The position numbers and the translations under genes are program-made. A stretch of 64,000 bases of DNA, taken from positions 124,001 through 188,000 of the forward strand of contig JAXLNO010000496.1 of NCBI GenBank assembly GCA_038087875.1, written 5' to 3'. This DNA comes from Malacoraja senta. Taxonomy: Eukaryota. The number at the start of each line of letters is the position of its first letter. The stretch's first letter is position 1. Under the pieces are notes generated by a model that saw only the letters and a list, made by a program, of their open reading frames with translations, made no database searches and was not told the origin of the DNA. Shown one piece after another: positions 1 through 12,993 of the stretch.

Positions 1-113
1 ATAGTAATTTGAATTATAATACTGGTTATGTGTAACACGTTTTCTTCCCCTCATGTTCTTATCTTGCTACGGATTTTTTCATTGAATAACATATAACAGG
101 AAAAGTTAACTAG

Positions 114-278
<165 letters not shown>

Positions 279-1270
279 TATTTCTACCTTTTTAATTACC
301 AATTATCTAGCAGTCACTACCTACAGAGTATAGAATTCCAGAGATACACACAGAGCATTAGTTGCAACACATCTTGGTTTTAAATGACTACACTCTTTTG
401 TGACACATGTGAAACATCTCAACTATCCTATCATGCTCCTTTGGGATATTATGCATGTTAATAAAATCAGCTGTCATTCTTGTAAAGAATACAGGTCTAA
501 CCTTTTGTAGTCCTTCATAATCAAACATGTTCATCCCATGAAAACCTAGTGATTTGCTTTAGGACTGCCTTCATTGTTAGTATATCCCTCAAATGAAAGG
601 ACTACAGCCATGCAGTACTCCTGGTGTCACCTCGCCAACACATCGTACAAATAGAACAATATTATTTCCATTTCTAAACACAAAAACCCCACCTTTTACA
701 ATAAAGAACTGATGTGCAATTTCCCTTCAACTATTTGCTTCGCCTGCATGTTAACTTTTTCCATTTCATGCATAAGTACAAACAGACAACCCCTGCATTC
801 TACTCATTTGCAGTCAGTATATTTTACATAATAATCTGCCTTTTGAGTTCTACTGAAGTGCATGACCTTGACTTTCCCCACAATAAATTCAATTTTCCAT
901 GTTTTTGCAACCTTATTCAGCCTATATCCTGTTGCAGTATCCAAGTACCATCACAGCTTTCTCAGAGTTTTTGGTGTCATCAGCAGACATGGAATCTTAC
1001 CATGGCTGGGGAGGCACTGGCTAGTATCAGTGGCCCGGCCCTCCCTGTATTGATCACCATGTCTCCCCGGGGAGAGAGAGGGGTGGAGCCTGGGCTGGGT
1101 GCGTGAACAATTTTGGTGAGCCCCAGGTTCCCAGCCAAGGTCTGTAGAATCATAGAAATGCAAATAAAGTCTATTATAGGCTTTATATCTCTATGGTAGA
1201 ATGGAAAGTAATCAAAATCTGAGCTTGCAAAGTGCCTGCGAGTTAATGGACCAAACAGATCGAAACTACA

Positions 1271-2603
1271 TCTATATTACTAAAAGTAAGATCTTGACCA
1301 CTTCCTGTTTTTCTGTTTCATGATTTTTGAAAAAAACACTGCCACTTATGGCTGTGATTTTTGGCCATCTTACTCAGAGTCCCCCTCCGCTGCGCAGGAC
1401 AAGAGGAGTTTTCCCATCGATTAAAAATAAAAAGAGTTATTAATGTTTTAAAAATGTTGACATTCTCTCTGCTGCCCCTGCTGGTGGGAGGGGGAGGAAC
1501 TATAAAACCAGGAAGTGTTGTGTCTCACTTAGTCTCTGCAAGATGGAGGAAGCGAGAGGGGCGTGTCTCTCTGAGCTGTGAATAACACTGAACACATGTC
1601 TACTCAACACATGTCTACTCAACTGTGAGTGCCCTTAATGTGGTTTGAAAATGAAAATGTGGTTGCTGTACTGCAAATGGTTGTTGGTGGTGGTAACTGC
1701 TTTGAAATGCTGCACTGCAAATGGTTGTTGGTGGTGGTAACTGCTTTGAAATGCTGCACTGCAAATGGTTGTTGGTGTTGGTAACTGCTTTGAAATGCTG
1801 CACTGCAAATGGTTGTTGGTGTTGGTAACTGCTTTGAAATTCTGCACTGCAAATGGTTGTTGGCGGTGGTAACTGCTTTGAAATGCTGCACTGCAAATGG
1901 TTGTTGGTGGTGGTAACTGATTTGAAATGCTGCACTGCAAATGGTTGTTGGTGGTGGTGGTAACTGCCTTGAAATGCTGCACTGCAAACGGTTGTTGGTA
2001 GTGGTAACTGGCACAACTTCCTGTTTGCACTGCATATTGATTTTAGATAAAACGCTACCACTTACGGCTGTGATTTTTGGCCATCTTACTCGGTCTCCCT
2101 CCGCTCATCAGGTGCAGAGGAGTCTTCCCATCAATGAAAAATAAAAGTGTTATTAGTGTTTTAAAAAATGTTGAGAATCTCTCTCCTGTCAATCACACCA
2201 TGAAGGCCACGCCCCTTCCGGTGGGAGGGGAGGGATTATAAAACCGGGATGTGTGGGTGTGGCTCAGTCTCTGCAAGATGGGGGAGGGAGAGGTCACGAC
2301 TGTCTGAGCTGTGAATCAACTGAACACACTAAATGTCTACTGAACTGTGTATGTGGTGTTTATGTGATGTTTTGTGTGGTTTTATGGTGGTTTCACCCTG
2401 ATTGAAATGGTATGAATCTGCATTTGAATGTGGTGGCCTTGCACCCTGCTTGAAATGGTATGAAACTGCACTTCAATTTGGTTGTCTTGCACCATGCATG
2501 AAGTGGTATGAAACTGCACTTGAATTTGGTGGCCTTGCACCCTGCTTGAAATGGCATTAAACCGCACTAGCATTTGGTGGCCTTGCACCCTGCTTGGTGG
2601 CAT

Positions 2604-2605
<2 letters not shown>
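1271..2605 (+). mobile_element. Non-autonomous Helitron, 3'-truncated by the duplication junction
   Basis: A|TCTATATTACTAAAAG 5' end; matches 3695-5029. Confidence 0.85.
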
Positions 2606-2677
<72 letters not shown>

Positions 2678-4094
2678 TATTTCTACCTTTTTAATTACCA
2701 ATTATCTAGCAGTCACTACCTACAGAGTATAGAATTCCAGAGATACACACAGAGCATTAGTTGCAACACATCTTGGTTTTAAATGACTACACTCTTTTGT
2801 GACACATGTGAAACATCTCAACTATCCTATCATGCTCCTTTGGGATATTATGCATGTTAATAAAATCAGCTGTCATTCTTGTAAAGAATACAGGTCTAAC
2901 CTTTTGTAGTCCTTCATAATCAAACATGTTCATCCCATGAAAACCTAGTGATTTGCTTTAGGACTGCCTTCATTGTTAGTATATCCCTCAAATGAAAGGA
3001 CTACAGCCATGCAGTACTCCTGGTGTCACCTCGCCAACACATCGTACAAATAGAACAATATTATTTCCATTTCTAAACACAAAAACCCCACCTTTTACAA
3101 TAAAGAACTGATGTGCAATTTCCCTTCAACTATTTGCTTCGCCTGCATGTTAACTTTTTCCATTTCATGCATAAGTACAAACAGACAACCCCTGCATTCT
3201 ACTCATTTGCAGTCAGTATATTTTACATAATAATCTGCCTTTTGAGTTCTACTGAAGTGCATGACCTTGACTTTCCCCACAATAAATTCAATTTTCCATG
3301 TTTTTGCAACCTTATTCAGCCTATATCCTGTTGCAGTATCCAAGTACCATCACAGCTTTCTCAGAGTTTTTGGTGTCATCAGCAGACATGGAATCTTACC
3401 CTATCAGTGACGTGCGGTGAGGTTAATGGCTGGGGAGGCACTGGCTAGTATCAGTGGCCCGGCCCTCCCTGTATTGATCACCATGTCTCCCCGGGGAGAG
3501 AGAGGGGTGGAGCCTGGGCTGGGTGCGTGAACAATTTTGGTGAGCCCCAGGTTCCCAGCCAAGGTCTGTAGAATCATAGAAATGCAAATAAAGTCTATTA
3601 TAGGCTTTATATCTCTATGGTAGAATGGAAAGTAATCAAAATCTGAGCTTGCAAAGTGCCTGCGAGTTAATGGACCAAACAGATCGAAACTACATCTATA
3701 TTACTAAAAGTAAGATCTTGACCACTTCCTGTTTTTCTGTTTCATGATTTTTGAAAAAAACACTGCCACTTATGGCTGTGATTTTTGGCCATCTTACTCA
3801 GAGTCCCCCTCCGCTGCGCAGGACAAGAGGAGTTTTCCCATCGATTAAAAATAAAAAGAGTTATTAATGTTTTTAAAATGTTGACATTCTCTCTGCTGCC
3901 CCTGCTGGTGGGAGGGGGAGGAACTATAAAACCAGGAAGTGTTGTGTCTCACTTAGTCTCTGCAAGATGGAGGAAGCGAGAGGGGCGTGTCTCTCTGAGC
4001 TGTGAATAACACTGAACACATGTCTACTCAACACATGTCTACTCAACTGTGAGTGCCCTTAATGTGGTTTGAAAATGAAAATGTGGTTGCTGTA

Positions 4095-4434
4095 CTGCAA
4101 ATGGTTGTTGGTGGTGGTAACTGCTTTGAAATGCTGCACTGCAAATGGTTGTTGGTGGTGGTAACTGCTTTGAAATGCTGCACTGCAAATGGTTGTTGGT
4201 GTTGGTAACTGCTTTGAAATGCTGCACTGCAAATGGTTGTTGGTGTTGGTAACTGCTTTGAAATTCTGCACTGCAAATGGTTGTTGGCGGTGGTAACTGC
4301 TTTGAAATGCTGCACTGCAAATGGTTGTTGGTGGTGGTAACTGATTTGAAATGCTGCACTGCAAATGGTTGTTGGTGGTGGTGGTAACTGCCTTGAAATG
4401 CTGCACTGCAAACGGTTGTTGGTAGTGGTAACTG
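4095..4434. repeat. 44-bp tandem repeat inside Helitron (also 1671-2010)
   Basis: Unit CTGCAAATGGTTGTTGGTGGTGGTAACTGCTTTGAAATGCTGCA, ~7-8 copies. Confidence 0.95.
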
Positions 4435-4814
4435 GCACAACTTCCTGTTTGCACTGCATATTGATTTTAGATAAAACGCTACCACTTACGGCTGTGATTT
4501 TTGGCCATCTTACTCGGTCTCCCTCCGCTCATCAGGTGCAGAGGAGTCTTCCCATCAATGAAAAATAAAAGTGTTATTAGTGTTTTTAAAAATGTTGAGA
4601 ATCTCTCTCCTGTCAATCACACCATGAAGGCCACGCCCCTTCCGGTGGGAGGGGAGGGATTATAAAACCGGGATGTGTGGGTGTGGCTCAGTCTCTGCAA
4701 GATGGGGGAGGGAGAGGTCACGACTGTCTGAGCTGTGAATCAACTGAACACACTAAATGTCTACTGAACTGTGTATGTGGTGTTTATGTGATGTTTTGTG
4801 TGGTTTTATGGTGG

Positions 4815-5265
4815 TTTCACCCTGATTGAAATGGTATGAATCTGCATTTGAATGTGGTGGCCTTGCACCCTGCTTGAAATGGTATGAAACTGCACTTCAA
4901 TTTGGTTGTCTTGCACCATGCATGAAGTGGTATGAAACTGCACTTGAATTTGGTGGCCTTGCACCCTGCTTGAAATGGCATTAAACCGCACTAGCATTTG
5001 GTGGCCTTGCACCCTGCTTGGTGGCATGAAACTGAACTTGAATTCGGTGGTCTTGCACCCTGCTTGAAGTGGTAGGAAACTGCACCTGAATTTGGTGGCC
5101 TTGCACCCTGCTTGAAGTGGTATGAAACTGTAATTGAATTTGGTGGCCTTGCACCCTGCTTGAAGTGGTAAGAAACTGCACTTGAATTTAGTGGCCTTGT
5201 ACCCTGCTTGAAATGGTGGGAAACTACATTTGAATTTGGTGGCCATGCACCCTGCTTGAAATGCA
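4815..5265. repeat. 48-bp tandem repeat inside Helitron
   Basis: Unit TGAATTTGGTGGCCTTGCACCCTGCTTGAAATGGTATGAAACTGCACT, ~9 copies. Confidence 0.93.
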
Positions 5266-6380
5266 ACTTCAACGAATAGCCATGAGTCAACTGCTCGCCC
5301 ACCAGCCATGAGTGAGCTGCCAGCACATCAGGCTTGAGTGACTGAGCTGTCACCCCAAGAATCCATTTGGCTCACAGTCCATACTAGCCCTCTGGAAACC
5401 AGTCCCTTCAGCCCACAATACCCATACTAGCACTCCAGTAGCCCCCCCCCCCCCACTGGCTACCAATATTGGAATTGGTGGAGAGGTGGAATATTGCGTT
5501 GGGGACCAGCCCTCCCTTGTGTACGTGGGACCCAGTGGGTCCCACTTAGTCTAGTTTTAATATAAAATTGCATACATGTAAGCCTACAAGTAACAAACAA
5601 TATGTGTAGATCACCTCTGAAAAGTACACAGTTACAATACCACTTGTTTTAGTGACTGTGAAATGAAAAAAAAAAAAAATTAACTAGATCCTGGCAAACC
5701 AATAACTATTGGCGAAAAACCAGTCCAGGCATTAAATTTTGGGCTTCAGCCCCATCCTACCCTTTGGGCTTCTACCCCATTCTAACAGTTGTGTGTGTGT
5801 GTTAGTTGTCTGTGCGTTATGTGTGTGTGTGGGGGAGGGAAGGAGGGAAGAGAGGGAGGGAGGGAGGGAAGGGAGGGAGGAGAGAAGGGAGTGCGGGAAG
5901 CAGAGAAAGAAGGGAGGGAGGGAAGGAGAGAAGGGAAAAGAGAGAGATGAAGGAGAGAAAGAAGGGAGGGAAGGAGGGAAGGAGAGGTGAAAAGAGAGAG
6001 AGGAAGGAGGGAGGGAAGGATAGAAGGGACGGAGGGAAAAAATGGAAGGGAGGGAGGGAAGTAAGGGAAGGAGAGAAGGGAGGGAGAGGGCCGACGGCGG
6101 GAGCAGGTTCCGGGGTCCGGGCGAAACAGTGTGAGCTTGAGGCCGATGTTTGTAAACGTTGCTCCAAACCCCGGCCCAAGCCCTCCCTGTGTTGTTCACC
6201 GCATCTCCCCGGGGAAGAGAGAGGGGTGGAGCCGGGGCTGTGTGCGTGAAGAGCATGGCGACTGGAGGGGCGGAGCGCTGCCCCGGGACCGTGAAGGAAC
6301 GACCACACCTCCCCCTTCTCCATTCCCCCTCACACCCCCTCCCTGTCGACCCCTTGCTTCCCCCTCCACCCCTCTACTCA

Positions 6381-7140
6381 ATTCAATTTTCAATTTCAAT
6401 TCAATTTCAAAACTTTATTGGCATGATAAAAAATACATTGTTATATTGTCAAAGTATAAAACATGACATATAGTATTTAAAATGCATAAGTATAAATACA
6501 AGTATACAGTGCATAGATAGATATGTCCCTGTACATAAACTCGCAAGAGGCCTATAGCCCTTTATTGATTGCTACACGTTCTTGCAGCTGTAAGAGTACA
6601 ACAGAATAGCAAAATTTAGCAATTCAATATTAATTTCTTAGTGTCAGTTAATGTCAATTAGTGTGTGCGTACATATGTGCATATTGGTCATTCATCGTCT
6701 CTCAGGTTATGGCATGCTGTTATGTATTGTGCACCAAGATGTGCCGTATTTCCTTCACCAAGGATTATTCTTAGTTTTGATGTATCATCTAGTTCCTTAA
6801 AATCAGGGGTTGCCTGACTGAGTTTGTCAAGTAAGTTTTCCTTGTTTTGTCAAATTTTTCGCATTTTAGGAGGAAGTGCACCTCTGTTTCAACCTCATCT
6901 GTCAAACAGTGCCGCATGTTCTGTTTTCTCTTGGTTGCCAGAATCTCTTCTGTCTTCCTTTTTCAACTGCCAAATAGTGGTCACTTAGCCTGTGTTTGGT
7001 GAGGGTCTGCCTTTGTTTTATGTCTCTAACAGTTGAGAGATAGTCTGCCAATTTATAATCTCTTTTTAGGGCACGGTAACATTCTAATCTGCTTTGTTTT
7101 TTTGGTTTCTTTATCCCAATGTTCCAAATATGTTTTCTTA
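6381..7140 (-). mobile_element. 3' fragment of a CR1-group LINE (L2/Crack/Daphne-like)
   Basis: Minus strand encodes LTKHRLSDHYLAVEKGR...EVETEVHFLLKC; AATAAA plus (TTGAA)n-like tail at ~6381-6420. Confidence 0.7.
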
Positions 7141-7394
7141 CTCTCTCTCATAAAGAGTCACCCGGGTAATAAAGGTTTACTTCCGAAGCGAGAGAATACA
7201 GAGATGGGAAGGGATGTAGGGGCTGGTGGGGAGTGGACAAGAGTTATAACTACACCATTCTTGAGTACAATCTAGCCACACAATAGTATAATACTCTGAG
7301 TTAAAGGAAGAATGTGTTTTTATTCGTTGTCTCCTTACAAATTCTGGAGAAAAGTGCAGAATGATAATAGCATCGGCTGGATGATCGGCCTAGT

Positions 7395-8090
7395 TCCGAG
7401 CTTCAGGAAGGACCGTTCGGAATTGATAACAGAAGGGAAGAAGCTGCTCCTGAGTCTGGTGGTGCACGCTGTCAAGCTTCTGTACCTTTCGCCAGACGGA
7501 GCGGGGGCGAAGAAGGAATGACCGGGGTGGGGATGACTTAGAGTTGTACAGCACGGGAAACAGATCCTTGGGTCTAACTCGCATACGCCGACCCAACATG
7601 TCCCATCTACACTTGTCCAGCTGCTCATGTTTTGGCTCTTATCCCTCTAAACCTGTCCTATCAGTGTTCCTGTCCAAAATACATCTGGCAGCTCGTTCCA
7701 TACACCCACCGTGTGAAAACGTTGCATCACAGGTTCCTATTGAATCTTTCATTTCCCCCCTCCCACCTTAAACTGCGTCCTCTGGTTCTTGCATTCCCCC
7801 TAACCTGGGGGTTAAAGACTCTGTATTTACCCTATCTATTCCTCTCACGATTTTGTCCATCTCTAGAAGAGCCTCCTGCGACCCATCGGCCTCCTGCACT
7901 CCAAGGATGGAAGTCCACGACAGCCCAACCTCTCATGTAGTTCAGCCCCTCGTGTCCTGGCAAAACTGAACACAATACTCAAAGTGCAACCTCATCAACG
8001 TCTTGTACAAATGTAACGTGACCTCCCAACTTTTATACTCAATACCTTGACTGATGAAGGCGCATGTGCCAAAAGCCCTTCTTGACCATC
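7395..8090 (-). mobile_element. Rex1/Babar-like 3' fragment (~7395-7535) followed by a degenerate CR1 3' fragment
   Basis: PSGERYRSLTACTTRLRSSFFPSVI motif; downstream sequence resembles the CR1 3' ends elsewhere in the window. Confidence 0.6.
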
Positions 8091-8187
8091 GTGAGAACTC
8101 GTATAGGTTGGCATGGACAGGTTGGGCGAAGGCCTGTTTGCGTGCTGACTAACTCTCTAACTAAGGATATTTTCTATATACTATAGG

Positions 8188-8325
8188 TGTGTGGGAAAGA
8201 AACTGCAGATGCTGGTTTGAATCAAAGGTAGACACAAAATGCTGGAGTAACTCGGCGGGCCAGGCAGCATCTCTGGAGAGAAGGAATGGGCGACGTTTCG
8301 GGTCGAGACCCTTATTCAGACTGAT
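8188..8325 (-). mobile_element. Penelope-derived terminal-repeat fragment with hammerhead-like motif
   Basis: Matches the Penelope terminus at 52556-52694; CTGAATA-AGGGT-CTCG-ACCC-GAAACGTC on minus strand. Confidence 0.75.
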
Positions 8326-8329
8326 GAAT

Positions 8330-8430
8330 TCAAGGGAAGAATGGACAAACTCTTACAGACAGCAGCCATAGTCAGGTTCAAACCCGGGTCTCTGGCTCTG
8401 TAAGGCAGTAACTGCGCCACCGTGCCGCCC
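8330..8430 (-). mobile_element. tRNA-derived SINE head (HE1/V-SINE-like)
   Basis: Minus strand GGCGGCACGGTGGCGCAG...CCCGGGTTTGAACCTGACT with A/B-box-like motifs. Confidence 0.65.
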
Positions 8431-8491
8431 ACCTGTTCTTTTCCAATGGGAAGGGTTGTAGTTACAAATTGTCAATCCAACATTCCAGGCG

Positions 8492-8572
8492 CTAGACAAA
8501 TACAGTCACCCTGGCCGGCACGTTATCCTGGAGGTTATTTGCTCCTTCGAAGCTGACGTTGTTCGACTGAGC
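8492..8572 (-). CDS. Terminal coding exon of NLR-like LRR gene (QSNNVSFEGANNLQDNVPARVTVFV*)
   Basis: (CT)n-TTACAG acceptor; LRR-type xxN-xS-xxG motif; TAG at 8492-8494; one base short for a phase-2 junction. Confidence 0.7.
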   Translation of the reverse strand, partial: AQSNNVSFEGANNLQDNVPARVTVFV

Positions 8573-8704
8573 CTGTAAGAGAGAGAGAGAGAGTCATACA
8601 GCATGCCACGCCAACGAAAATGCACATATATACTGGTTGCACCTGCCAGCGTTTGTCCCATATCGCTGCAAACCTTTTCCTCAGTCAAGGTCTGTTTCGC
8701 TATT

Positions 8705-9705
8705 TTGTTCTCTCTCCCTCTCTCTTTCTTTATTTCTCTCAATCTCACATCTCCTCTCTCCCTGAATCTCTCTCTGTCCCTCTCGCTCTCTGTCTCTCTG
8801 TCTCTCTGTCTCTGTCTCTCTCGCTCTCTCGCTCTCTCGCTCTCTCGCTCTCTCGCTCTCTCTTGCTCTCTACTCTCTCTCTCTCTCTGTCTCTCTGTCT
8901 CTCTGTTTCTCTCTATCTGTGTCTGTCCTCTCTCTCGCGTCCCTCTCTCTGTCTCTCCCTCTCCTCTCCCTCTCTCTGTCTCCCTCTCTCGCTCTCTCTC
9001 TCTCTCTTTCTCTGCCTCTCTCGCTCTGTCCCTCCCCCTCTCTAACCTCTCTCCCTCTAGCTACCTTTGGCGCTAGACAAATACAGTCACCCTGGCCGGC
9101 TCTTTCTTCCAAAAACCCTTTCTGCTTAAGTCCTCCCTCCACCACCTCCAGTTTAAATTCCATTTGGAATATTTTGAGGACCAAGAAACCAAGAACCAAG
9201 AATCTCTCGTTGTTTCTCAACGTCTCTCCCATCTATCTCCTTCTTCACCTCTCATCTTGCCTCTCTCCTATATTTACCTACTTATCTATCTGTCTATCTC
9301 TCCATATATATCTCTAGTGCCTCCTTGAGATCTATCTATCTATCGTCTCTATCTGTCTATCTATCTGTCTATCTATCTGTCAATCTATCTGTCCTATCTA
9401 TCTGTCTATCTATCTGTCTATCTATCTGTCTATCTATCTGTCTATCTATCTGTCTATCTATCTGTCTATCTATCTGTCTATCTATCTGTCTATCTATCTG
9501 TCTATCTATCTTCTATCTATCTGTCTATCTATCTGTCTATCTATCTGTCTATCTATCTGTCTATCTATCTGTCTATCTATCTGTCTATCTATCTGTCTAT
9601 CTATCTGTCTATCTATCTGTCTATCTATCCGTCTGTCCGTCTGTCCATCTGGTCCTTCCGTCTATCCATCTATCCATCTATCCATCTATCCATCTATCCA
9701 TCTAT
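8705..9705. repeat. CT-rich tract (8705-9055) and (TCTA/TCTG)n microsatellite (~9280-9705)
   Basis: Directly visible. Confidence 0.95.
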
Positions 9706-9783
9706 CCCTCCCTCCCTCCATTTCTTTCCTCAACTTCCTCCCTCGCCCTCTCCCTCTCTCCGCTCCCCCCTCCTCTCACCCAC

Positions 9784-9953
9784 CAGAGATACCGCAGACA
9801 CGGGGAGACACGGCACAGTCTGAGGAACGAAGGGAGAGCGACGGTCGGTGAATGAGTTGCGACCTGAGACAGAGAGCGGTCAGCGAGAGATGAGCGTTGC
9901 AGGATTCAGCGAGTTGTTGTGAACATCTGTCGTCTAGTCTGTTCTCCTCCAGC
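9784..9953 (-). pseudogene. LRR exon (170 nt; 168 nt if two 1-nt insertions are removed)
   Basis: TTGTTCACAG acceptor; LEENRLDDRCSQQLAESCNAHLSLTALCL / RNSFTDR / ALPSFLRLCRVSPCLRYLW read across three frames; TG|GTGGGT donor. Confidence 0.8.
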
Positions 9954-10260
9954 CTGTGAACAAGGCAAAGGAAGTCCGTCAACAAGAAGCATCTTTACCA
10001 TCTTTCCCAGAGGGGACGAGTCATAGTCACAGAGCCATAGAATCATAGTGCCATAAAGCCAGTCGTCGAGACATGGAACACAGTCATAGAGATATAGAGC
10101 CACATAGTCATAGGGCATAGAGCCACAGGGTCAGTCATAGACACATGGAGGCACAGGGACACATAGTCATAGAGACATGGAGCCAAAGGGACAGAGTCAA
10201 ATGGTTATAGAGCATGGAAACAGGCCTTTCGGCCTCAACTTGCCGATGTCGACCAACAAG

Positions 10261-10932
10261 ACGGGAGTCACAGTCATAGAGTCAGGGAGTCACATAGAGT
10301 CAGGGAGTCACATAGAGACAGGGAGTCACATAGAGACAGGGAGTCACATAGAGTCAGGGAGTCACATAGAGTCAGGGAGTCACATAGAGTCAGGGAGTCA
10401 CAGGTCAAAGTCAGGGAGTCACATAGAGACAGGGAGTCACATAGAGACAGGGAGTCACATAGAGTCAGGGAGTCACATAGAGTCAGGGAGTCACATAGAG
10501 TCAGGGAGTCACATAGAGTCAGGGAGTCACATAGAGTCAGGGAGTCACATAGAGTCAGGGAGTCACATAGAGGCAGGGAGTCACATAGAGTCAGGGATCA
10601 CATAGAGTCAGGGAGTCACATAGGAGTCAGGAGTCACATAGAGGCAGGAGTCACATAGAGTCAGGAGTCACATAGAGTCAGGGAGTCACATAGAGTCAGG
10701 GAGTCACATAGTCAGGGAGTCACATAGAGTCAGGGAGTCACATAGAGACAGGAGTCACATAGAGACAGGGAGTCACAGTCATAGAGACAGGGAGTCACAT
10801 AGAGTCAGGGGGTCACATAGAGTCAGGGAGTCACAGTCACAGAGTCAGGGAGTCACATAGAGTATAGAGACAGGGAGTCACATAGAGTCAGGGAGTCACA
10901 TAGAGTCAGGGAATCACATAGAGCCAGGGAGT
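10261..10932. repeat. 18-bp minisatellite (GAGTCAGGGAGTCACATA)n
   Basis: Directly visible; source of the spurious IESGSH ORF. Confidence 0.96.
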
Positions 10933-11104
10933 CAGACCAGAGAACCAGAGCATCATACTTTGGTCCAACTTGCCGATTCCGACCAACATGCCCGTCTTCT
11001 CCCACATGGCCGCGTTTGGCCCCTATCCCTCTTAACCTTTGCTATTCATGTATCTCTGAAACGCCACGGTCAGATCTGCCTCCACCACCACCCCCGGCAG
11101 CGTG

Positions 11105-12817
11105 TTCCTCTCCTCACCCTCTCTCCCCTCTGTCCATTCTCGCTCCCCCTCCCTGTCGCTCCTCTTTCTCTCCCCCCTCTCTCCCCCTCTCTCTCCAGTT
11201 CTCTCACCCCACTCTCCCCTCACTCTCCACTGTCCATATCCCTCTCCATCTCTCTCCCACTTCCCCTCTCTCTCCCCCCATTTCCCGCCTCTCTCCCATA
11301 ATTCCTCATACTTCTCCCTCCCCTTCCTCTCCCGCTCTCTCTTCCTCTCTTTGCCCTCTCTCGCCCCATCTCTCTCAATCTCTCTCTCCCCCTCTCTCTC
11401 GCCACCCTCTCTCTCTCTCTCCCCTTTCTCTCTCCCTCTCTCCCCTCTCGCTCCCCTCTCTCCCACTACCCCTCTTACCCTCCTGTTTCTCTCCCCCCGT
11501 CTCCTCACCTCTCTCCCCCTCTCTCAATCTACCATTCTCTCTATCCCTCTCACTTATTTCTCTATCCACATCTACCTCTCCCATTCTCTCTCCCCTTTCT
11601 CTCCTCTCGCTCTCTCCTTTCTCTCTCCCCTCTCTCTCAAACTCTCTGTCCCTCCACTTAACCAAACTTTCCCCCCATATCTATCCCCACTCTCTCCCTC
11701 CCCCTCTCCCCCTCTCTGTCTCTCCTCTCTCTTTCACCCTCTCTATCCCCCTCTTACACACTCTCTCTACCTCCCTCCCCTCTCTCCCACTCCCACCTCT
11801 CTCTACCCCCATTTTCTCTCTCCCTCCGTTTTCTCTCCCCTCTCTCTCCCACAATTCCTCACCTCTCTCTCTCCCCTCCCTCCCCTGTCTCCCCCTCTCT
11901 TTCCCTCTCCACCTCTCTCTTCCCCTCTCTCAATTCTCTCTCTCCCCTCCCCTCTGCACCCTCACCACTCTATCTATTCTTCTTTCTCTCCCTTCTCTCT
12001 CCTCTCTCTACATCTCTCGCTCCACCTCTCTGCCCTTCTCACCTTCTCTCCCCTTCTCTCCCCCAATCTCTCCACCTCTCGCTCCCCTCTTTCCATTCTC
12101 CCTCCCCTCTCTCCCACTCCCCCATCTCTCCCCCATTTTCACGCCCCCCTCTCCCCACCTCTCTCTGCCCACTCTCTCCGTCTCCCATTCTCTCTCCTCT
12201 CTCTCCCACTCCCCACCTCCATCTCCGCCTCTCCCCCTCTCTCCCCGTCCCTCCCCGTCCCTTCCCATCTCTTATTTCTCTCCGCCTCTACCTCTCCAAT
12301 TCTCTCTCTCCCCCTTTTCTCTCCTCTCTCTCTCTCTCCCCTCTCTCTCCGCCCTCTTAACCGAACTCTCACCCTACCCCCTCCACCACTCTCTACCCCT
12401 CTCTGTATCTCTCTCTCTCTGTCTCTCTCTCTCTCGTCCTCTCTGCCCCCCTCTTTCCCACTATCTCTCTCCACCTCTCTGCCACTCTCTCACCCTCTCT
12501 TTCCCACTTGCTCTCCACCTCTCTCCCCCTCCTACTCTCTCTCTCTTCCTCTCACTCTCCCTCCGCCTCTCCCATTCTCCCTCTCGCCATGTCGCTCTCC
12601 CACTCTCTCCCCTCTCTCCCTTCTCTCCCCCTCTCCCACTATCTCCTTCTCCCCCCCTTACCCCATCTCTCTCCCCCTCTCTCTCCCCCTCTCTCTATGC
12701 CACTCTCCCTCGTCTCTCTCCACCCCTCCCTCTCCCCCTTTCTCTCTCCCCCTCTCTCTCTCCCCTCTCCCACACCCCTCTTTCTTCCCCCCTGTCTCCC
12801 CTCTCTCTCTCTCTCAC
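11105..12817. repeat. 1.7-kb polypyrimidine (CT-rich) tract
   Basis: Almost only C and T; source of the 658/598-aa low-complexity ORFs. Confidence 0.97.
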
Positions 12818-12988
12818 TCTAGCCTCATCAGTCGTGATCTCGTCCCCGGGAGAACGCTACACATCCCCCGCACTCCCTCCGACAGCAACCGGTTGTAATT
12901 CAGGGCCAGCATGCGTAGTCTGGTGTTCCCGCGGAGAATGGAGCCGATCTCCCGGCCGCTACCTGCTGTTAAACCCGCAGTGGACAGC
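12818..12988 (-). CDS. 171-nt phase 2-2 LRR exon of NLR-like gene
   Basis: CCCTCAG acceptor, GA|GTGAGA donor; LSTAGLTAGSGREIGSILRGNTRLRMLALNYNRLLSEGVRGMCSVLPGTRSRLMRL. Confidence 0.9.
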
Positions 12989-12993
12989 CTGAG

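Larger units (their letters stand above)
3695..5554 (+). mobile_element. Complete non-autonomous Helitron (~1.86 kb)
   Basis: 5' TC preceded by A; 3' hairpin GGGACCC-agt-GGGTCCC then ACTTAGTCTAG|T; both termini shared with the helicase-bearing element at 23265-27640. Confidence 0.9.

Noticed and set aside
1615..5353. Regular repeat arrays as possible CRISPR or repeat proteins
   Set aside because: Head-to-tail units without unique spacers, no cas genes, eukaryotic context, inside Helitron termini
10177..10605. IESGSH-repeat protein
   Set aside because: Translation of an 18-bp minisatellite whose frame breaks within the array
11016..12992. 658-aa and 598-aa plus-strand ORFs
   Set aside because: Products of a CT-rich tract that lacks stop codons; the real exon is on the minus strand at 12818-12988
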